A stretch of 47,565 nt of DNA. Origin: Deltaproteobacteria bacterium (GTDB lineage: Bacteria > Myxococcota_A > UBA9160 > SMWR01). The position numbers and the translations under genes were made by a program. The DNA lies in the NCBI GenBank assembly GCA_032128375.1, contig JAQBGU010000211.1, forward strand, positions 1 through 47,565, read 5' to 3'. The notes below the pieces were generated by a model that made no database searches, was not told where the DNA came from, and was given only the letters and a program-made list of their open reading frames with translations. Positions 10,034-20,615 of the stretch are shown in pieces; the first letter of the stretch is position 1, and every line of letters begins with the position of its first letter.

Positions 10034-11650
10034 GTGGAGCCGAGCCAGCGGCTGGCTTGCGTTCGCGACGGGGGCGGCGCCCACGGGCCGCTTCCGATCG
10101 CAGCCGTTGCACTCTTGGCACTCGTCGTGCGGGCAATCGCTTGGCAGCGAACGGGCGTGATCTTCAACGACGGGCCGACTTTCATTGGACTGTCTCGCCT
10201 GATCGAGCAGGGGTATTGGGACGCGGCCTTGGCGCACCCGTTCCATCCGCTGTATCCGGCAGCGATTGCGGTGATGCACCCCCTATTCAATAACTCGGAG
10301 TCGGCCGCGGTCGCGGTTTCTGCGCTGGCCGGTGCGGCCGCTACGGCGGTGTTGTTCGCGTTCCTGCGGCAAGCGTTCGATCTTCGCATTGCGTATATCG
10401 GCGCGGTGCTGTTGGCGCTACACCCGTACGCAGTCGCGCACTCTGCAGATGTCCAGAGCGATGGTCTGTATACGCTGCTGTTCTTGTCGTCAGCGGCTGC
10501 GCTGTGGCTGGCCTGTTCGAGGTTGCGAATCGGTTGGGCGCTCGGGACGGGTGCGCTGGCTGGGCTCGCCTACTGGGTACGGCCCGAGGGATTGGGTGTT
10601 GCAATGATCGGCATGGGTATCGGCACGCTGCTGATTGCTTCGCGGCGTTGGCCCGTCCAACGCGGCCTGAGTTGGATCGCGGCACTCGGTCTGGGAGCTG
10701 CAATCGGTGTCGTGCCCTACGTGCTCGTACTGCACGATCAGTCGGGCAGCTGGATGCTCACTCAGAAGAAGACCGCAAGTCTCTCGAGCGCTCTGGCTCT
10801 GCGGTCGCCCCTGCCTGCTGATGTAATCGCACGCGAGCCTTTTTTGGAGACCGTCGTTCGGGGGCCCCGCGTCGCGCCTATCGCTGCGAGGCCTGCAGGG
10901 TCGCCTTTGAAGGGGGCACCCGCGGCTGCGGCCGTCGAATTGCTCAAAACTTTGTCGGAGACGATGGGGCCAGCCTTCGTGATCCTGGCGCTGATCGGAG
11001 GCTTCTTCGGTATCCGACGCAACCCGGCTCGAGAGGGCTTCATCGCGCTGCTGTGCGGTTTCTACCTGGTCCTATTGTACGCCCTGGTGTTCCAAGCCGG
11101 GTATGTGAGCAAGCGTCACACCCTTCCGCTCGCGATCGTGTTGTTTGGCTACGTCGCGGCGGGAACACCGGTGCTGGGTCGCTGGCTACTGGCCGTGCCG
11201 CAGTGGATCGGCTTCCGACCGCCACGACACGGCTTGCGGTGGGCGACATTGCTGGGCGTCGCGATCGCAATTGGCATTTTGGTTCCATCGACATTCCAGG
11301 TTCGCAGGGCGGATCGCATAGCCGAGCGCGAGGCCGCCATCTGGCTGCGTGCTCAATCCGATTGGCACGGGGCGCCTGTCGCTGCAGGGAAGCAACGGGT
11401 CGCGTACTATGCCGGGGCTCCCCACGTTCGCCTACCCGATTCTGCCACCCCTAGTGCGCTGGCGCTGCTCAGATCCGCGGGTGCGGAGTATCTCATCGCG
11501 GATGACCACTATCTCGAAGAGAATCCCGCCCTGCGCGGTGCAATCGAGGTTGGCATGCAAGTGCTCCACCGCACACAGTCTGGAGGCTACAGTGCCACGG
11601 TCTACGCGTTCGAAAGAGCCGACATCGAACTAATGAGTCGGGCGCGCTGA
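10034..11650 (+). CDS. GT-C glycosyltransferase (GT39/PMT_2, ArnT-like)
   Basis: FNDGPTF loop, HPLYP, QSDGLY, WVRPEG and multiple TM segments; GGGAGG SD before GTG 10034. Confidence 0.8.
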   Translation: MEPSQRLACVRDGGGAHGPLPIAAVALLALVVRAIAWQRTGVIFNDGPTFIGLSRLIEQGYWDAALAHPFHPLYPAAIAVMHPLFNNSESAAVAVSALAGAAATAVLFAFLRQAFDLRIAYIGAVLLALHPYAVAHSADVQSDGLYTLLFLSSAAALWLACSRLRIGWALGTGALAGLAYWVRPEGLGVAMIGMGIGTLLIASRRWPVQRGLSWIAALGLGAAIGVVPYVLVLHDQSGSWMLTQKKTASLSSALALRSPLPADVIAREPFLETVVRGPRVAPIAARPAGSPLKGAPAAAAVELLKTLSETMGPAFVILALIGGFFGIRRNPAREGFIALLCGFYLVLLYALVFQAGYVSKRHTLPLAIVLFGYVAAGTPVLGRWLLAVPQWIGFRPPRHGLRWATLLGVAIAIGILVPSTFQVRRADRIAEREAAIWLRAQSDWHGAPVAAGKQRVAYYAGAPHVRLPDSATPSALALLRSAGAEYLIADDHYLEENPALRGAIEVGMQVLHRTQSGGYSATVYAFERADIELMSRAR

Positions 11651-11651
11651 C

Positions 11652-13052
11652 GTGCTCTATCGCTACAGCGAAGTCCTGCGCACGGGTCTGATCCTTACCG
11701 ATGGGGCATTGGTCGCAGCCTCGTGGCTTGCGGCGTATTCGATGCGTTTCTACATGGGGTTGCCGGCTCCGCTCGGCATCCCGGACCCCAGTCTTTACGT
11801 GCTGCCCCTGGTGCTCATCACGCCGTTGTGGGCCTATCTGTTTCAAAGCCACGGTCTCTACGAGCCGCGACGAACAGGTTCGTTGCTGGCCGAGTCCGGT
11901 GCGGTCGTTCGAGCGACATTCGCGGGTGTCTTGATCATCGTTGCGGTCAATTTCTTCATGCGCGACTACTACTACTCGAGGGGCGTGATCGCACTCTTCA
12001 CTGTGTTGTCGACACTGTCGATCTGCCTGTTCAGGCTGTTCGGCCGGCTGGCGCTCCGGTCCATGCGCCGCCACGGCTACAACCAGCGGTTCGTGCTTGT
12101 TGCAGGTGATGGAGAACTCGCAAAGGGTGTCATCGATCGCCTTCACGATCATCCCGAAGTGGGTCTGCAAGTGTTGGGTGTGTTGTCCGACTCCGTCTCA
12201 CAAGAGGGACGCCGGATCGCGGGTGTACCCGTGATCGGCCAATACAGCCAAATCACGCAGGTCTTGAGGCGCAACCGGATCGACCAGGTCATTTTGGCGC
12301 TGCCGCGCGGTGGAGAAGACCATCTCGAAAAATTGCTCGCCAGCTTGGAGGACGAGATCGTCACGGTTCGACTGGTACCCGACCTTCCGCGGGTGATGAC
12401 GCTGCGCAGTTCGGTAGAAGAATTCGATGGTTTGCCTTTGATCAACATCCGCGAGAGTCCGCTTCTCGGGTGGTCAGCCTTCTTCAAGCGTGGGGTGGAC
12501 ATCGCAATATCAGCGACGGCGCTTTTCGTCGGGGCGCCGCTATTTGGCGCGATCGCGCTCGCGACCTGGGTGGCGTCGGGGCGGCCGGTCCTGTTCGTGC
12601 AGCGGCGGATGGGACTCGACGGTCGCGTCTTTACGATGTTCAAGTTCCGGACCATGAGCCATACCGGCAATACCGATGAGAAACCGAGTTGGACGCAGCG
12701 CAACGACCCGCGGCGCACGAGGCTGGGGGCGGTCTTGCGCAGGGGAAGCCTCGATGAACTGCCGCAGCTGTGGAATGTCCTACGAGGCGAAATGAGCCTG
12801 GTGGGTCCTCGCCCTGAACGTCCAGTTCTGATCGAGCAGTTCCGACGCGAGATCCCGGGCTATATGTTGCGACACAAGGTCAAGGCCGGGATGACTGGCT
12901 GGGCCCAGATCAACGGATGGCGTGGTGATTCGTCGCTTCACGAGCGAATCGAGCACGACATCTATTACATCCAGAACTGGTCGTTATGGCTCGACCTCCA
13001 GATCATGTTCATGACATTGTTCAAGGGCTGGTTCGGCCGGAACGTGTATTGA
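11652..13052 (+). CDS. wcaJ: Undecaprenyl-phosphate glucose phosphotransferase (priming glycosyltransferase)
   Basis: KRGVD, FKFRTM, SLDELPQLWNVLRGEMSLVGPRPE, KAGMTGWAQING, DIYYIQNWSLWLD. Confidence 0.9.
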   Translation: MLYRYSEVLRTGLILTDGALVAASWLAAYSMRFYMGLPAPLGIPDPSLYVLPLVLITPLWAYLFQSHGLYEPRRTGSLLAESGAVVRATFAGVLIIVAVNFFMRDYYYSRGVIALFTVLSTLSICLFRLFGRLALRSMRRHGYNQRFVLVAGDGELAKGVIDRLHDHPEVGLQVLGVLSDSVSQEGRRIAGVPVIGQYSQITQVLRRNRIDQVILALPRGGEDHLEKLLASLEDEIVTVRLVPDLPRVMTLRSSVEEFDGLPLINIRESPLLGWSAFFKRGVDIAISATALFVGAPLFGAIALATWVASGRPVLFVQRRMGLDGRVFTMFKFRTMSHTGNTDEKPSWTQRNDPRRTRLGAVLRRGSLDELPQLWNVLRGEMSLVGPRPERPVLIEQFRREIPGYMLRHKVKAGMTGWAQINGWRGDSSLHERIEHDIYYIQNWSLWLDLQIMFMTLFKGWFGRNVY

Positions 13053-14203
13053 GCTACGACGATCGGCTGCGCGTCGCGTTGGTGCACGATTGGGCGACTG
13101 GGTTGCGCGGTGGTGAACGCGTGCTGGACGAACTCGCCGGGTTGTTTCCCTCGGCGGATCTCTACACATTGTTCTACCGGACGGGTACGACGACCGACCG
13201 GATCGACCGGCTGCGGGTGCGGTCTAGTCTGCTCGACCGACTGCCAGACGACAATCCGCCCCGAAGGTCACTGCTTCCGTTGTTTCCGTGGGCGATCGAG
13301 CGCTTCGATTTGAGCGGGTATGACGTCGTGATTTCCACCAGCCATGCAGTCGCCAAAGGAGTGCGTGTGCCCTCCGGCACACCGCACCTCTGCTATTGCT
13401 TCACACCGATGCGTTACATCTGGGAACATGCAGACGTGTATATTGGTCGCGGCTTGCGGCGTGCAGCTGCGGTTCCAATGCTCGCCTATCTGCGTCACTT
13501 CGACCGACGCACCGCGACTGTCGATCGCGTGACGCGGTTCTGTGCGATTTCGCAGACGGTGTCCGATCGCATTCGACGCCATTACGGGCGAACCTCGAGC
13601 ATCGTGTATCCACCGGTGGATACCGAGCGGATCATCCCCAACGGAATGCCACCGGAGGATTATTTTCTGATGGTCGCGGCCTTCGTCCCCTACAAGCGCG
13701 AGGAAATCGCAATCGAGGCGTTTCGCCGCATGGGCGCCCGGCTGGTCGTGGTGGGAGATGGTCGGGCGCGCGCTCGCATGACTGCGGGCGCCGGTCGCAA
13801 CACAGAATTCCTGGGTCGGGTGCCCGACGAGGAGTTGGCCGATCTGTACGCCGGCTGTCGCGCTTTGGTATTTCCGTCCGAGGAAGACTTCGGGATCGTT
13901 CCGGTAGAAGTGCAGGCCGCGGGTCGGCCGGTAATCGCATTTGGCGCTGGCGGCGCGACCGAAACGGTGATCCGCTGGACTGTGACTGATTGCGATCCAC
14001 GCGGTCCCACGGGTGTGCTGTTCCACAGACAAACTGCGGATGCCGTGGTCGAAGCCGTGCGGCTCTTCGAGAGGATCGAAAGCGACTTCGATCCGATCTG
14101 GATCCGGGCCAACGCGGAACGATTCAGTTCGGCCGAGTTTCGCAAGGCGATCGTCCAAGAGGTGGCCGCAACCACGGCGATGCAACCCACGGCCCGTGCA
14201 TAG
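13049..14203 (+). CDS. Glycosyltransferase family 4
   Basis: VALVHDW..GLRGGERV, CYCFTPMRYIW, EEDFGIVPVEVQAAGRPV; TTG start overlaps the wcaJ TGA. Confidence 0.92.
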   Translation: MSYDDRLRVALVHDWATGLRGGERVLDELAGLFPSADLYTLFYRTGTTTDRIDRLRVRSSLLDRLPDDNPPRRSLLPLFPWAIERFDLSGYDVVISTSHAVAKGVRVPSGTPHLCYCFTPMRYIWEHADVYIGRGLRRAAAVPMLAYLRHFDRRTATVDRVTRFCAISQTVSDRIRRHYGRTSSIVYPPVDTERIIPNGMPPEDYFLMVAAFVPYKREEIAIEAFRRMGARLVVVGDGRARARMTAGAGRNTEFLGRVPDEELADLYAGCRALVFPSEEDFGIVPVEVQAAGRPVIAFGAGGATETVIRWTVTDCDPRGPTGVLFHRQTADAVVEAVRLFERIESDFDPIWIRANAERFSSAEFRKAIVQEVAATTAMQPTARA

Positions 14204-14256
14204 CGGAGTACCCACATCGAAGGGATCCAATGATGACCTGCATCACCTCGTCCCGC

Positions 14257-14262
14257 TAAGCT
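14257..14262 (+). promoter_or_regulatory. Putative -10 box for a leaderless transcript
   Basis: TAAGCT exactly 6 nt before ATG 14269; no SD. Confidence 0.5.
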
Positions 14263-14268
14263 ACCGGT

Positions 14269-15150
14269 ATGAACTCAAACACGCGCCGACCCGAACGAAC
14301 ACAGACTTACAAGCACATTCTGACCGACACCGATCGATGGGATTCCTATATCCCGCGGGATGACGATGTCTTCGTGTGCACACTCGGAAAGAATGGCACC
14401 ACGTGGATGCAGGCGATTTGTGCGCTGTTGATATTCCAGAAACCCGAGCTCGATTTCAATCCGGCGGAACGCTCGCCGTGGTTCGATGCGACGTTTCAAC
14501 CGATCGAGGAAATCGTCGCCGCGCTCGAGGCACAAACCAAGCGTCGTGTCATCAAAACCCACACACCGCTGGACGGAATTCCGTACCACGACGGCTGTAC
14601 CTACATCACGGTCTATCGCGACCCGCGCGATGCTTTCTTCTCTCTGCGCAACCATATGGATAACATGAAATTGATGGTGATCGACGTGCCCGACATGGAG
14701 CCCGATGAGGGTTTTCGTTTCTTTGTGGATGCCCCGTACACGCCCGGCGGGCCCCCGATGGGGCTCGAAGCTGCGGTTGCGCACTACGACTCGTATTGGA
14801 ACTACCGACATCTTCCAAACATTCATTTCTTCCACTACTCGGACCTCAAGCGCGATCTGCGTGGTGAGATGGGCAAAGTCGCGCAGGCGCTCGACATCGA
14901 AATCGACCCGGACTTGCTTTCGCGCCTGGCCGAGGCCGCGTCTTTCGAGAACATGAAGAGTAAACCCGAGCAATTCGTACCCGGCACGAAGTTGGACGCG
15001 TGGCACGACCCGAGCCGATTTCTACACAAAGGAACCAGTGGCCAATGGAAAGACGTCCTGTCCACCGAATCGCTCGACTCATTCGAAGCAAGGCTTGCAC
15101 AGCTACTCCCGCCTGACCGCGCCAAGTGGTTGAAGCAGGGAAGCGATTGA
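14269..15150 (+). CDS. PAPS-dependent sulfotransferase (Sulfotransfer_1)
   Basis: KNGTTW 5'-PSB loop, KTHTP, RDPRDAFFS 3'-PB, KGTSGQWK. Confidence 0.9.
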   Translation: MNSNTRRPERTQTYKHILTDTDRWDSYIPRDDDVFVCTLGKNGTTWMQAICALLIFQKPELDFNPAERSPWFDATFQPIEEIVAALEAQTKRRVIKTHTPLDGIPYHDGCTYITVYRDPRDAFFSLRNHMDNMKLMVIDVPDMEPDEGFRFFVDAPYTPGGPPMGLEAAVAHYDSYWNYRHLPNIHFFHYSDLKRDLRGEMGKVAQALDIEIDPDLLSRLAEAASFENMKSKPEQFVPGTKLDAWHDPSRFLHKGTSGQWKDVLSTESLDSFEARLAQLLPPDRAKWLKQGSD

Positions 15151-15233
15151 CGCGGTACGTCGACGGTTGGCCGTCCGGCGTGCCAGCGACCTCGACGCGA
15201 ACTTCGCGTTAGGCGTCGACTGAGGGGATTTAC

Positions 15234-15998
15234 GTGGCACTCCCGCCGTGGCTCCTGGGATGGCTGAAGGAGACTGCCCGACCGGGGCTGAACCAGTTTC
15301 TCGCCCGATACTCGCTCGTGGGCGATCCGGTCGTATTCGATTCCAACCTGTTTGCGTGGACGAAGGCCCTCGAGGAGAACTGGGAATCGATCCGCGCCGA
15401 GGCGCAGACGCTGGTCGAGATGCGCGACGCGCTGCAGGGTTTCCACGAGGTTTCCCCTTACCAATCGCGAATCTCAAAGGGCGATTCCTGGAAGACGGTC
15501 TGGCTCTACGGCTTCGGGTACCGCTCGGATGTGGTCTGCGAGCTGTGCCCCGTGACGGCTCGCCTCGTCGCAGACATTCCGGAACTCCAGAGTGCGTTCT
15601 TCTCGATGCTCTCGCCGGGTACCCATATCCCGGCACATAGCGGGGTGTACAAGGGGCTGATCAACTGCCATCTCGCCTTGTTGGTTCCGCGCGAGCGCGA
15701 ACGCTGCCGAATCCGCGTGTCCGACCAGGTGCTCACCTGGCAGCCTGGCAAGACGTTCGTTTTCGACGACACGAACGAGCATGAGGTCTGGAACGACACT
15801 GAGGAGGAGCGGGTCGTGCTGCTCGTCCAGATTCACCGCCCCTTCCGTTCGCCCGGCCGAGAGCTCTCGCGGCTGTTCTTGCGCGCGCTGAAGCACACCG
15901 CCTACCTGCGCGTCCCCTTGCGCAACGTGAAACACTTCGATCGCGAGTTCCGTAATTTCGTCACCAAGCGCGGGCTGCTTCCGGCGCGCGTTCGTTAG
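15234..15998 (+). CDS. Aspartyl/asparaginyl beta-hydroxylase domain protein (AspH/LpxO-like)
   Basis: FFSMLSPGTHIPAH, CHLALLVP, FDDTNEHEVWN..EERVVL. Confidence 0.88.
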   Translation: MALPPWLLGWLKETARPGLNQFLARYSLVGDPVVFDSNLFAWTKALEENWESIRAEAQTLVEMRDALQGFHEVSPYQSRISKGDSWKTVWLYGFGYRSDVVCELCPVTARLVADIPELQSAFFSMLSPGTHIPAHSGVYKGLINCHLALLVPRERERCRIRVSDQVLTWQPGKTFVFDDTNEHEVWNDTEEERVVLLVQIHRPFRSPGRELSRLFLRALKHTAYLRVPLRNVKHFDREFRNFVTKRGLLPARVR

Positions 15999-16007
15999 GG
16001 GTCGAGT

Positions 16008-17096
16008 TCAAGGGTAGCAGTCGAGTTTCTGGAGTTCCGGCATGATTTCGCGTGCAAACAACTTCATGTTTCGTTCGGACTCGGCGATCGGCATCCCTGC
16101 GTAGCTGAAGACCGCCACGAACCGCGCAGCACCCACCCGCTTCAGGATGTCGGCGGCTTTGCTGTAGCACTGCTCTGGGGTTCCCCAGACCTGCAGGTCC
16201 AGGAAGAACTCGACCATCTTGTCGACGCCACCGGGCTGGCCGGCCATCTCCTGCATCTGACGATAGGACTCGTAGCCGCGAGTACCAGCGAAGTGGCTGC
16301 CCTGTAACTCGTAGTGTTCGACGACGCTCGCGTAGTAGCCGCCGATGTATTGACGTGCCATCTCCTCGGCCCGGGCACCATCCTCATCGCAGAACACCCA
16401 GCCGGCGCAGGTTGTCGCAGGCGGTTCTTCTGCGTTGGCCGTGCGGTAGACGTCTCGATACTGGGTGAGTTCGGCTGCCACAGCATCCCAGGGCTTCTGG
16501 GGGATGATCAGTATGCCGACGCCGAGGTTCGCGATGATTGGCATCGACTCCGCCGACGTTCCGGCCGCATAGGTCCGACCCTTGAATGTCTTCCACGGGC
16601 GCGGTCGCAGATCCCGGCGGGGCTGCTGGATGAATTCGCCATCGTACTCGCAGTAGCCGGCTTCGAGGCCGGCCAGGATCATCTCGGCCGACTCGTTGAA
16701 CAGGCCTCGGCTGTTTTCCATCGGAACGCGGAAGCCTTCGAATTCGACACGTCCGAGTCCGCGACCAAAACCAAAGATGAAGCGGCCTTCGGATAGATGA
16801 TCGAGCAGCGAGACCTGCTCGGCGACGCGAATCGGGTCGTGCCACGGAAGCACCACGACCATCGAGCCCAGCCGGATGTTCTGGGTACAACCCGCCATGT
16901 AGGTCAGAAACTGGAGCACGTCCGGACACATCGTGTAGGCGGTGAAGTGATGTTCGACTCCCCAGATGGATTCGAATCCGAGCGGTTCGGCCTGCTTGGC
17001 CAGCCGAATTTCGTCGCGGTAGACAGCTGCGTCGTCTCTCGCGTCATCGGGGTTCTGAAAAACGACGGCCATTCCAACGTTCATTCCAACGTTCAT
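16008..17096 (-). CDS. LLM class flavin-dependent oxidoreductase
   Basis: AEPLGFESIWGVEHHF, PIRVAEQVSLLDHLSEGR, WGTPEQC; AGGAG SD before ATG 17096. Confidence 0.92.
   Translation of the reverse strand: MNVGMNVGMAVVFQNPDDARDDAAVYRDEIRLAKQAEPLGFESIWGVEHHFTAYTMCPDVLQFLTYMAGCTQNIRLGSMVVVLPWHDPIRVAEQVSLLDHLSEGRFIFGFGRGLGRVEFEGFRVPMENSRGLFNESAEMILAGLEAGYCEYDGEFIQQPRRDLRPRPWKTFKGRTYAAGTSAESMPIIANLGVGILIIPQKPWDAVAAELTQYRDVYRTANAEEPPATTCAGWVFCDEDGARAEEMARQYIGGYYASVVEHYELQGSHFAGTRGYESYRQMQEMAGQPGGVDKMVEFFLDLQVWGTPEQCYSKAADILKRVGAARFVAVFSYAGMPIAESERNMKLFAREIMPELQKLDCYP
17070..17096. repeat. 12-bp tandem duplication at the LLM gene start
   Basis: CATTCCAACGTT x2 plus CAT, encoding MNVG-MNVG-M. Confidence 0.9.
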
Positions 17097-17139
17097 GAGG
17101 TCTCCTGCTGAGGGATGTGTCCGAAACCAGAACCGCTGG

Positions 17140-17370
17140 CTACTTCAGTAAACAGTGCTTCGCAAAGTCGAGAGCCTGGTTTGCGCTCCAGTCCGCTTTC
17201 GGGGTTTCTCGCAATTTCGTGCACCACGCATCGCTTCCGATTTCCGGCGTGCAGCCGCTGGCGAGGACCGCGAGAAGGGCGGCCATTGCCACCACCGAAA
17301 ATCGTGGACCCGCGATTGGAAAATTTCGGCCGATGCTCCTCTGGTCGGTTCGAATCGATCGATTGAGCAT
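17140..17370 (-). CDS. Small lipoprotein, DUF3012-like
   Basis: Lipobox LASGC followed by TPEIGSDAWC...KADWSANQALDFAKHC; GAGG SD before ATG 17370. Confidence 0.8.
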   Translation of the reverse strand: MLNRSIRTDQRSIGRNFPIAGPRFSVVAMAALLAVLASGCTPEIGSDAWCTKLRETPKADWSANQALDFAKHCLLK

Positions 17371-17504
17371 TGATTGGACCTCGTTATCATCGGGGGCAAG
17401 GGGGCGCCTTCGTCGGGATACTACCCGAGCGGTCCGGGCCAGCCTCTTTCGGTATCCTACCCCGCTGACGCCGCTGTCGGGAACGGCCACGAGGAACGAT
17501 TTTC

Positions 17505-18788
17505 ATGAAGCCCATTCGTACCAAGAGCCTCGAGCAGATCGACCTGGCCGATCCAGCATTTTGGATGGCGCCGCTCGAGGAGCGCGAAGGCGCCTTCGCG
17601 ACCCTTCGCGAGCAGGACCCGATCCGCTTTTGTCAGGAGTTCGATCCGCCGCCGGAGTTTCCCATAGCGCGCGGCCCTGGTTACTGGTCGCTCACCAAGC
17701 ATCGCCACATCCTCGAGGCCAGTCGCAACCCGCAGATCTACTGCTCGGGTAAAGGGGCGACCTCGACGATCGACCTGCCGCCGCAGATGAATGAGTTCTT
17801 CGGTGGCATGATCAACATGGACGACCCGCGTCACAGCAAGCAGCGGCAGATCATTTCGCGCGGATTCACCCCGCGCGCGCTCGCGCGAATCGAGCGCGCC
17901 GTCGACCGTCGCGCCGGGCTCATCGTCGACCGCGTCGTCGAAAAGGGCGAATGCGATTTCGTCACAGAAATCGCCGCGCCGCTGCCGCTCGAGATCATCT
18001 GCGACATGATGGGTATCCCCGACAGCCAGACGCAATTCGTTTTCGAGCGCAGCAACCGGATCCTCGGGTTGGGTGACCCCGACTACATGGGTGAGGACGA
18101 CAATCCGATCACAGCCGCGATGACAGCCGGTGCCGAGCTCGCGGCGTTGATGAACGAGATGGCCGAGGCGCGGCGCAAGAACGCGACCGATGACCTGACC
18201 AGCGCACTCATCCACGCGACCGCCGATGAAGGCGTGCTGACCGATGCCGAACTCGCATCGTTTTTCATACTGCTGGTCGTCGCCGGGAATGAGACCACCC
18301 GCAATGCGATCAGTCACGGGGTGAAGGCTCTGTGCGATTACCCCGATGAGCGCAGCAAGTGGGCCGCGGATTTCGAGGGTATCGCGCCGACCGCCGTCGA
18401 AGAAGTTGTCCGATGGGCAAGCCCGGTGATCTACATGCGACGGACTGTCACTCGGAACACAGAACTCGATGGCCAGAAGCTGAGCGAGGGCGACAAGGTG
18501 GCGCTGTGGTATGCGTCGGCGAACCGCGATGAAGAGGTGTTCGAGGACCCCTTTCGCTTCGATGTGACCCGGACGCCCAATGAGCACGTGGGCTTCGGCG
18601 GTCCGGGGCCGCATTATTGTTTGGGTGCGAACCTGGCGCGCCGAGAGATCACCGTGATGTTTCGTCAGCTCTTCGCGAGGCTTCCAGACCTCGAGATCAC
18701 CGGCGAACCGCATCGCTTGGCGTCGAATTTCGTCAATGGAATCAAGAGAATGCCCTGTCGCTTCACACCCGGACCCGTTGCGGGGTAG
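17505..18788 (+). CDS. Cytochrome P450 (CYP124/CYP125-like)
   Basis: AGNETT I-helix, EEVVRW ExxR, heme motif FGGPGPHYCLG. Confidence 0.95.
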   Translation: MKPIRTKSLEQIDLADPAFWMAPLEEREGAFATLREQDPIRFCQEFDPPPEFPIARGPGYWSLTKHRHILEASRNPQIYCSGKGATSTIDLPPQMNEFFGGMINMDDPRHSKQRQIISRGFTPRALARIERAVDRRAGLIVDRVVEKGECDFVTEIAAPLPLEIICDMMGIPDSQTQFVFERSNRILGLGDPDYMGEDDNPITAAMTAGAELAALMNEMAEARRKNATDDLTSALIHATADEGVLTDAELASFFILLVVAGNETTRNAISHGVKALCDYPDERSKWAADFEGIAPTAVEEVVRWASPVIYMRRTVTRNTELDGQKLSEGDKVALWYASANRDEEVFEDPFRFDVTRTPNEHVGFGGPGPHYCLGANLARREITVMFRQLFARLPDLEITGEPHRLASNFVNGIKRMPCRFTPGPVAG

Positions 18789-18833
18789 ATCTCGGGGCAG
18801 CTGTCAAAAACCGGTAGCCAGGAGAATCAAGCC

Positions 18834-20615
18834 ATGCCTACGACCGTTGGTGGGTCCTTTCTCATCGAGCCCATTCCCGAGGACACATTCGTGCCGGAGG
18901 ATTTCACTGACGAACAGCGCGACATGGCACGCGCCGCTGAGGATTTCGTCGATGGCGAGGTGATGCCGCGCCTCGACGAGATTCAAAAGCGCGGGCCCGA
19001 GATCATGCCCGGGCTGCTCAAGCAGGCGGGCGAAATCGGCCTGCTCGCGATCGAGATCCCGGAGGAGTACGGCGGCCTCGGGCTCGACAAGGCCAGCGCG
19101 ATGCTCGTTTCGGAAACCGCCGCCAAGGAGGCTTCATTCAGCATCTCCTGGGGTGCTCACACCGGCATCGGGACGTTGCCGATTGTCTATTTCGGGAGCG
19201 AAGCGCAGCGCGAAGAATATCTCCCGAAGCTCGGCGCCGGCGACTGGATCGCCGCCTACGCGCTGACTGAGGCCGGATCGGGGTCGGACGCGCTGGCGGC
19301 GCGGGCATCGGCGGTTCGCGACGGCGATGTGTGGGTGCTCGACGGCACCAAGCAATTCATCACCAACGCGGGCTTCGCCGATGTGTTCGTCGTGTTCGCG
19401 CAGGTCGACGGTGACAAGTTCAGTGCGTTCATCGTCGAACGAACCGACCCGGGCGTCTCGACCGGGCCCGAAGAACATAAACTCGGAATCAAGGGCTCGT
19501 CGACCCGCACGCTGATTCTCGAATCGGCCCGGATTCCGGCCGATCGCCTGTTGGGTGAAATCGGTCGCGGCCACAAGATCGCATTCAGCATCTTGAACGT
19601 CGGTCGATTCAAACTGGGTTGTGGGTCGGTTGGTGCCGCGCGCGAGTGCTTGCTGTACAGCGTCGCGTATGCGCGCGACCGCGAGCAGTTCAAGCGGCCG
19701 ATCATCGAGTTTGGGATGATTCAGCGCAAGATTGCTGACATGGCCGCTCGCCTGTATGCGGCCGAATCGCTCGGCTACCGCACGGCCGGATTGATGGATG
19801 CAGCCACTGTCGAAGCCAAGGAAAGCGTCCCCCAAAGCGGTCCAGAGCGAGACGATGCGCTGCGGGCCGTGCTCGAGGAGTACACGATCGAGTGCTCGAT
19901 CGTGAAGGTGTTCGGGACCGAGTGTCTGGATTTCGTTGCCGATGAGGCCCTCCAGATTCTCGGTGGGTACGGCTTCCTGGCGGACTACCCGATCGAACGC
20001 CACTACCGAGATTCGCGGATCAATCGGATTTTCGAAGGGACCAACGAAGTCAATCGGCTGATCATTCCGTCAACCGTCTTGAAACGAGCTGCCCAAGGCC
20101 GACTCGACTACTTCGCGTTTATCGAAAAGACCAAGCGCGAAATCGCTGCGGGCAATGTTGTTGCGCCGCTCGAACAGGGCACGCTGGCTGCGGATGTAGC
20201 GGCCTGTGAACAGGCGAAGCGTTTGGTGGCGTTCTCAGTCGACTTGTTGGTATCGAAGAACCTGCAGGACCTCGTCACGAAGCAGCAACACCTCGAAGTA
20301 CTGGCAAACATGGTCATCGACACATTCGCGGCCGCGTCCGTGGTCGCGCGGACACGGAAGTTCGTTCGGTTGCATTCGGAAGCCGACGCGGGAAACGAGC
20401 TGGATTTGACGCGGATTTTCGTCGCATCCGCGAACGAACGGATCGCTGATGGAGCGCGGCGCCTGGTGGCCAATGAGCTGGAGGGCGATGAACTGCTGGC
20501 TGCGTTCAAAACGATCGATTCGCTCGCGACCTTCATGCCGATCGCGACGATCGCAGCGAAGACGCGCATCGCCGAGCGGATTGCTGCGGGGAATCTTCGA
20601 TTCCTCGATCATTGA
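18834..20615 (+). CDS. Long-form acyl-CoA dehydrogenase
   Basis: YALTEAGSGSD, GTKQFITN, KLGIKGSST, RINRIFEGTNE plus a C-terminal extension. Confidence 0.95.
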   Translation: MPTTVGGSFLIEPIPEDTFVPEDFTDEQRDMARAAEDFVDGEVMPRLDEIQKRGPEIMPGLLKQAGEIGLLAIEIPEEYGGLGLDKASAMLVSETAAKEASFSISWGAHTGIGTLPIVYFGSEAQREEYLPKLGAGDWIAAYALTEAGSGSDALAARASAVRDGDVWVLDGTKQFITNAGFADVFVVFAQVDGDKFSAFIVERTDPGVSTGPEEHKLGIKGSSTRTLILESARIPADRLLGEIGRGHKIAFSILNVGRFKLGCGSVGAARECLLYSVAYARDREQFKRPIIEFGMIQRKIADMAARLYAAESLGYRTAGLMDAATVEAKESVPQSGPERDDALRAVLEEYTIECSIVKVFGTECLDFVADEALQILGGYGFLADYPIERHYRDSRINRIFEGTNEVNRLIIPSTVLKRAAQGRLDYFAFIEKTKREIAAGNVVAPLEQGTLAADVAACEQAKRLVAFSVDLLVSKNLQDLVTKQQHLEVLANMVIDTFAAASVVARTRKFVRLHSEADAGNELDLTRIFVASANERIADGARRLVANELEGDELLAAFKTIDSLATFMPIATIAAKTRIAERIAAGNLRFLDH

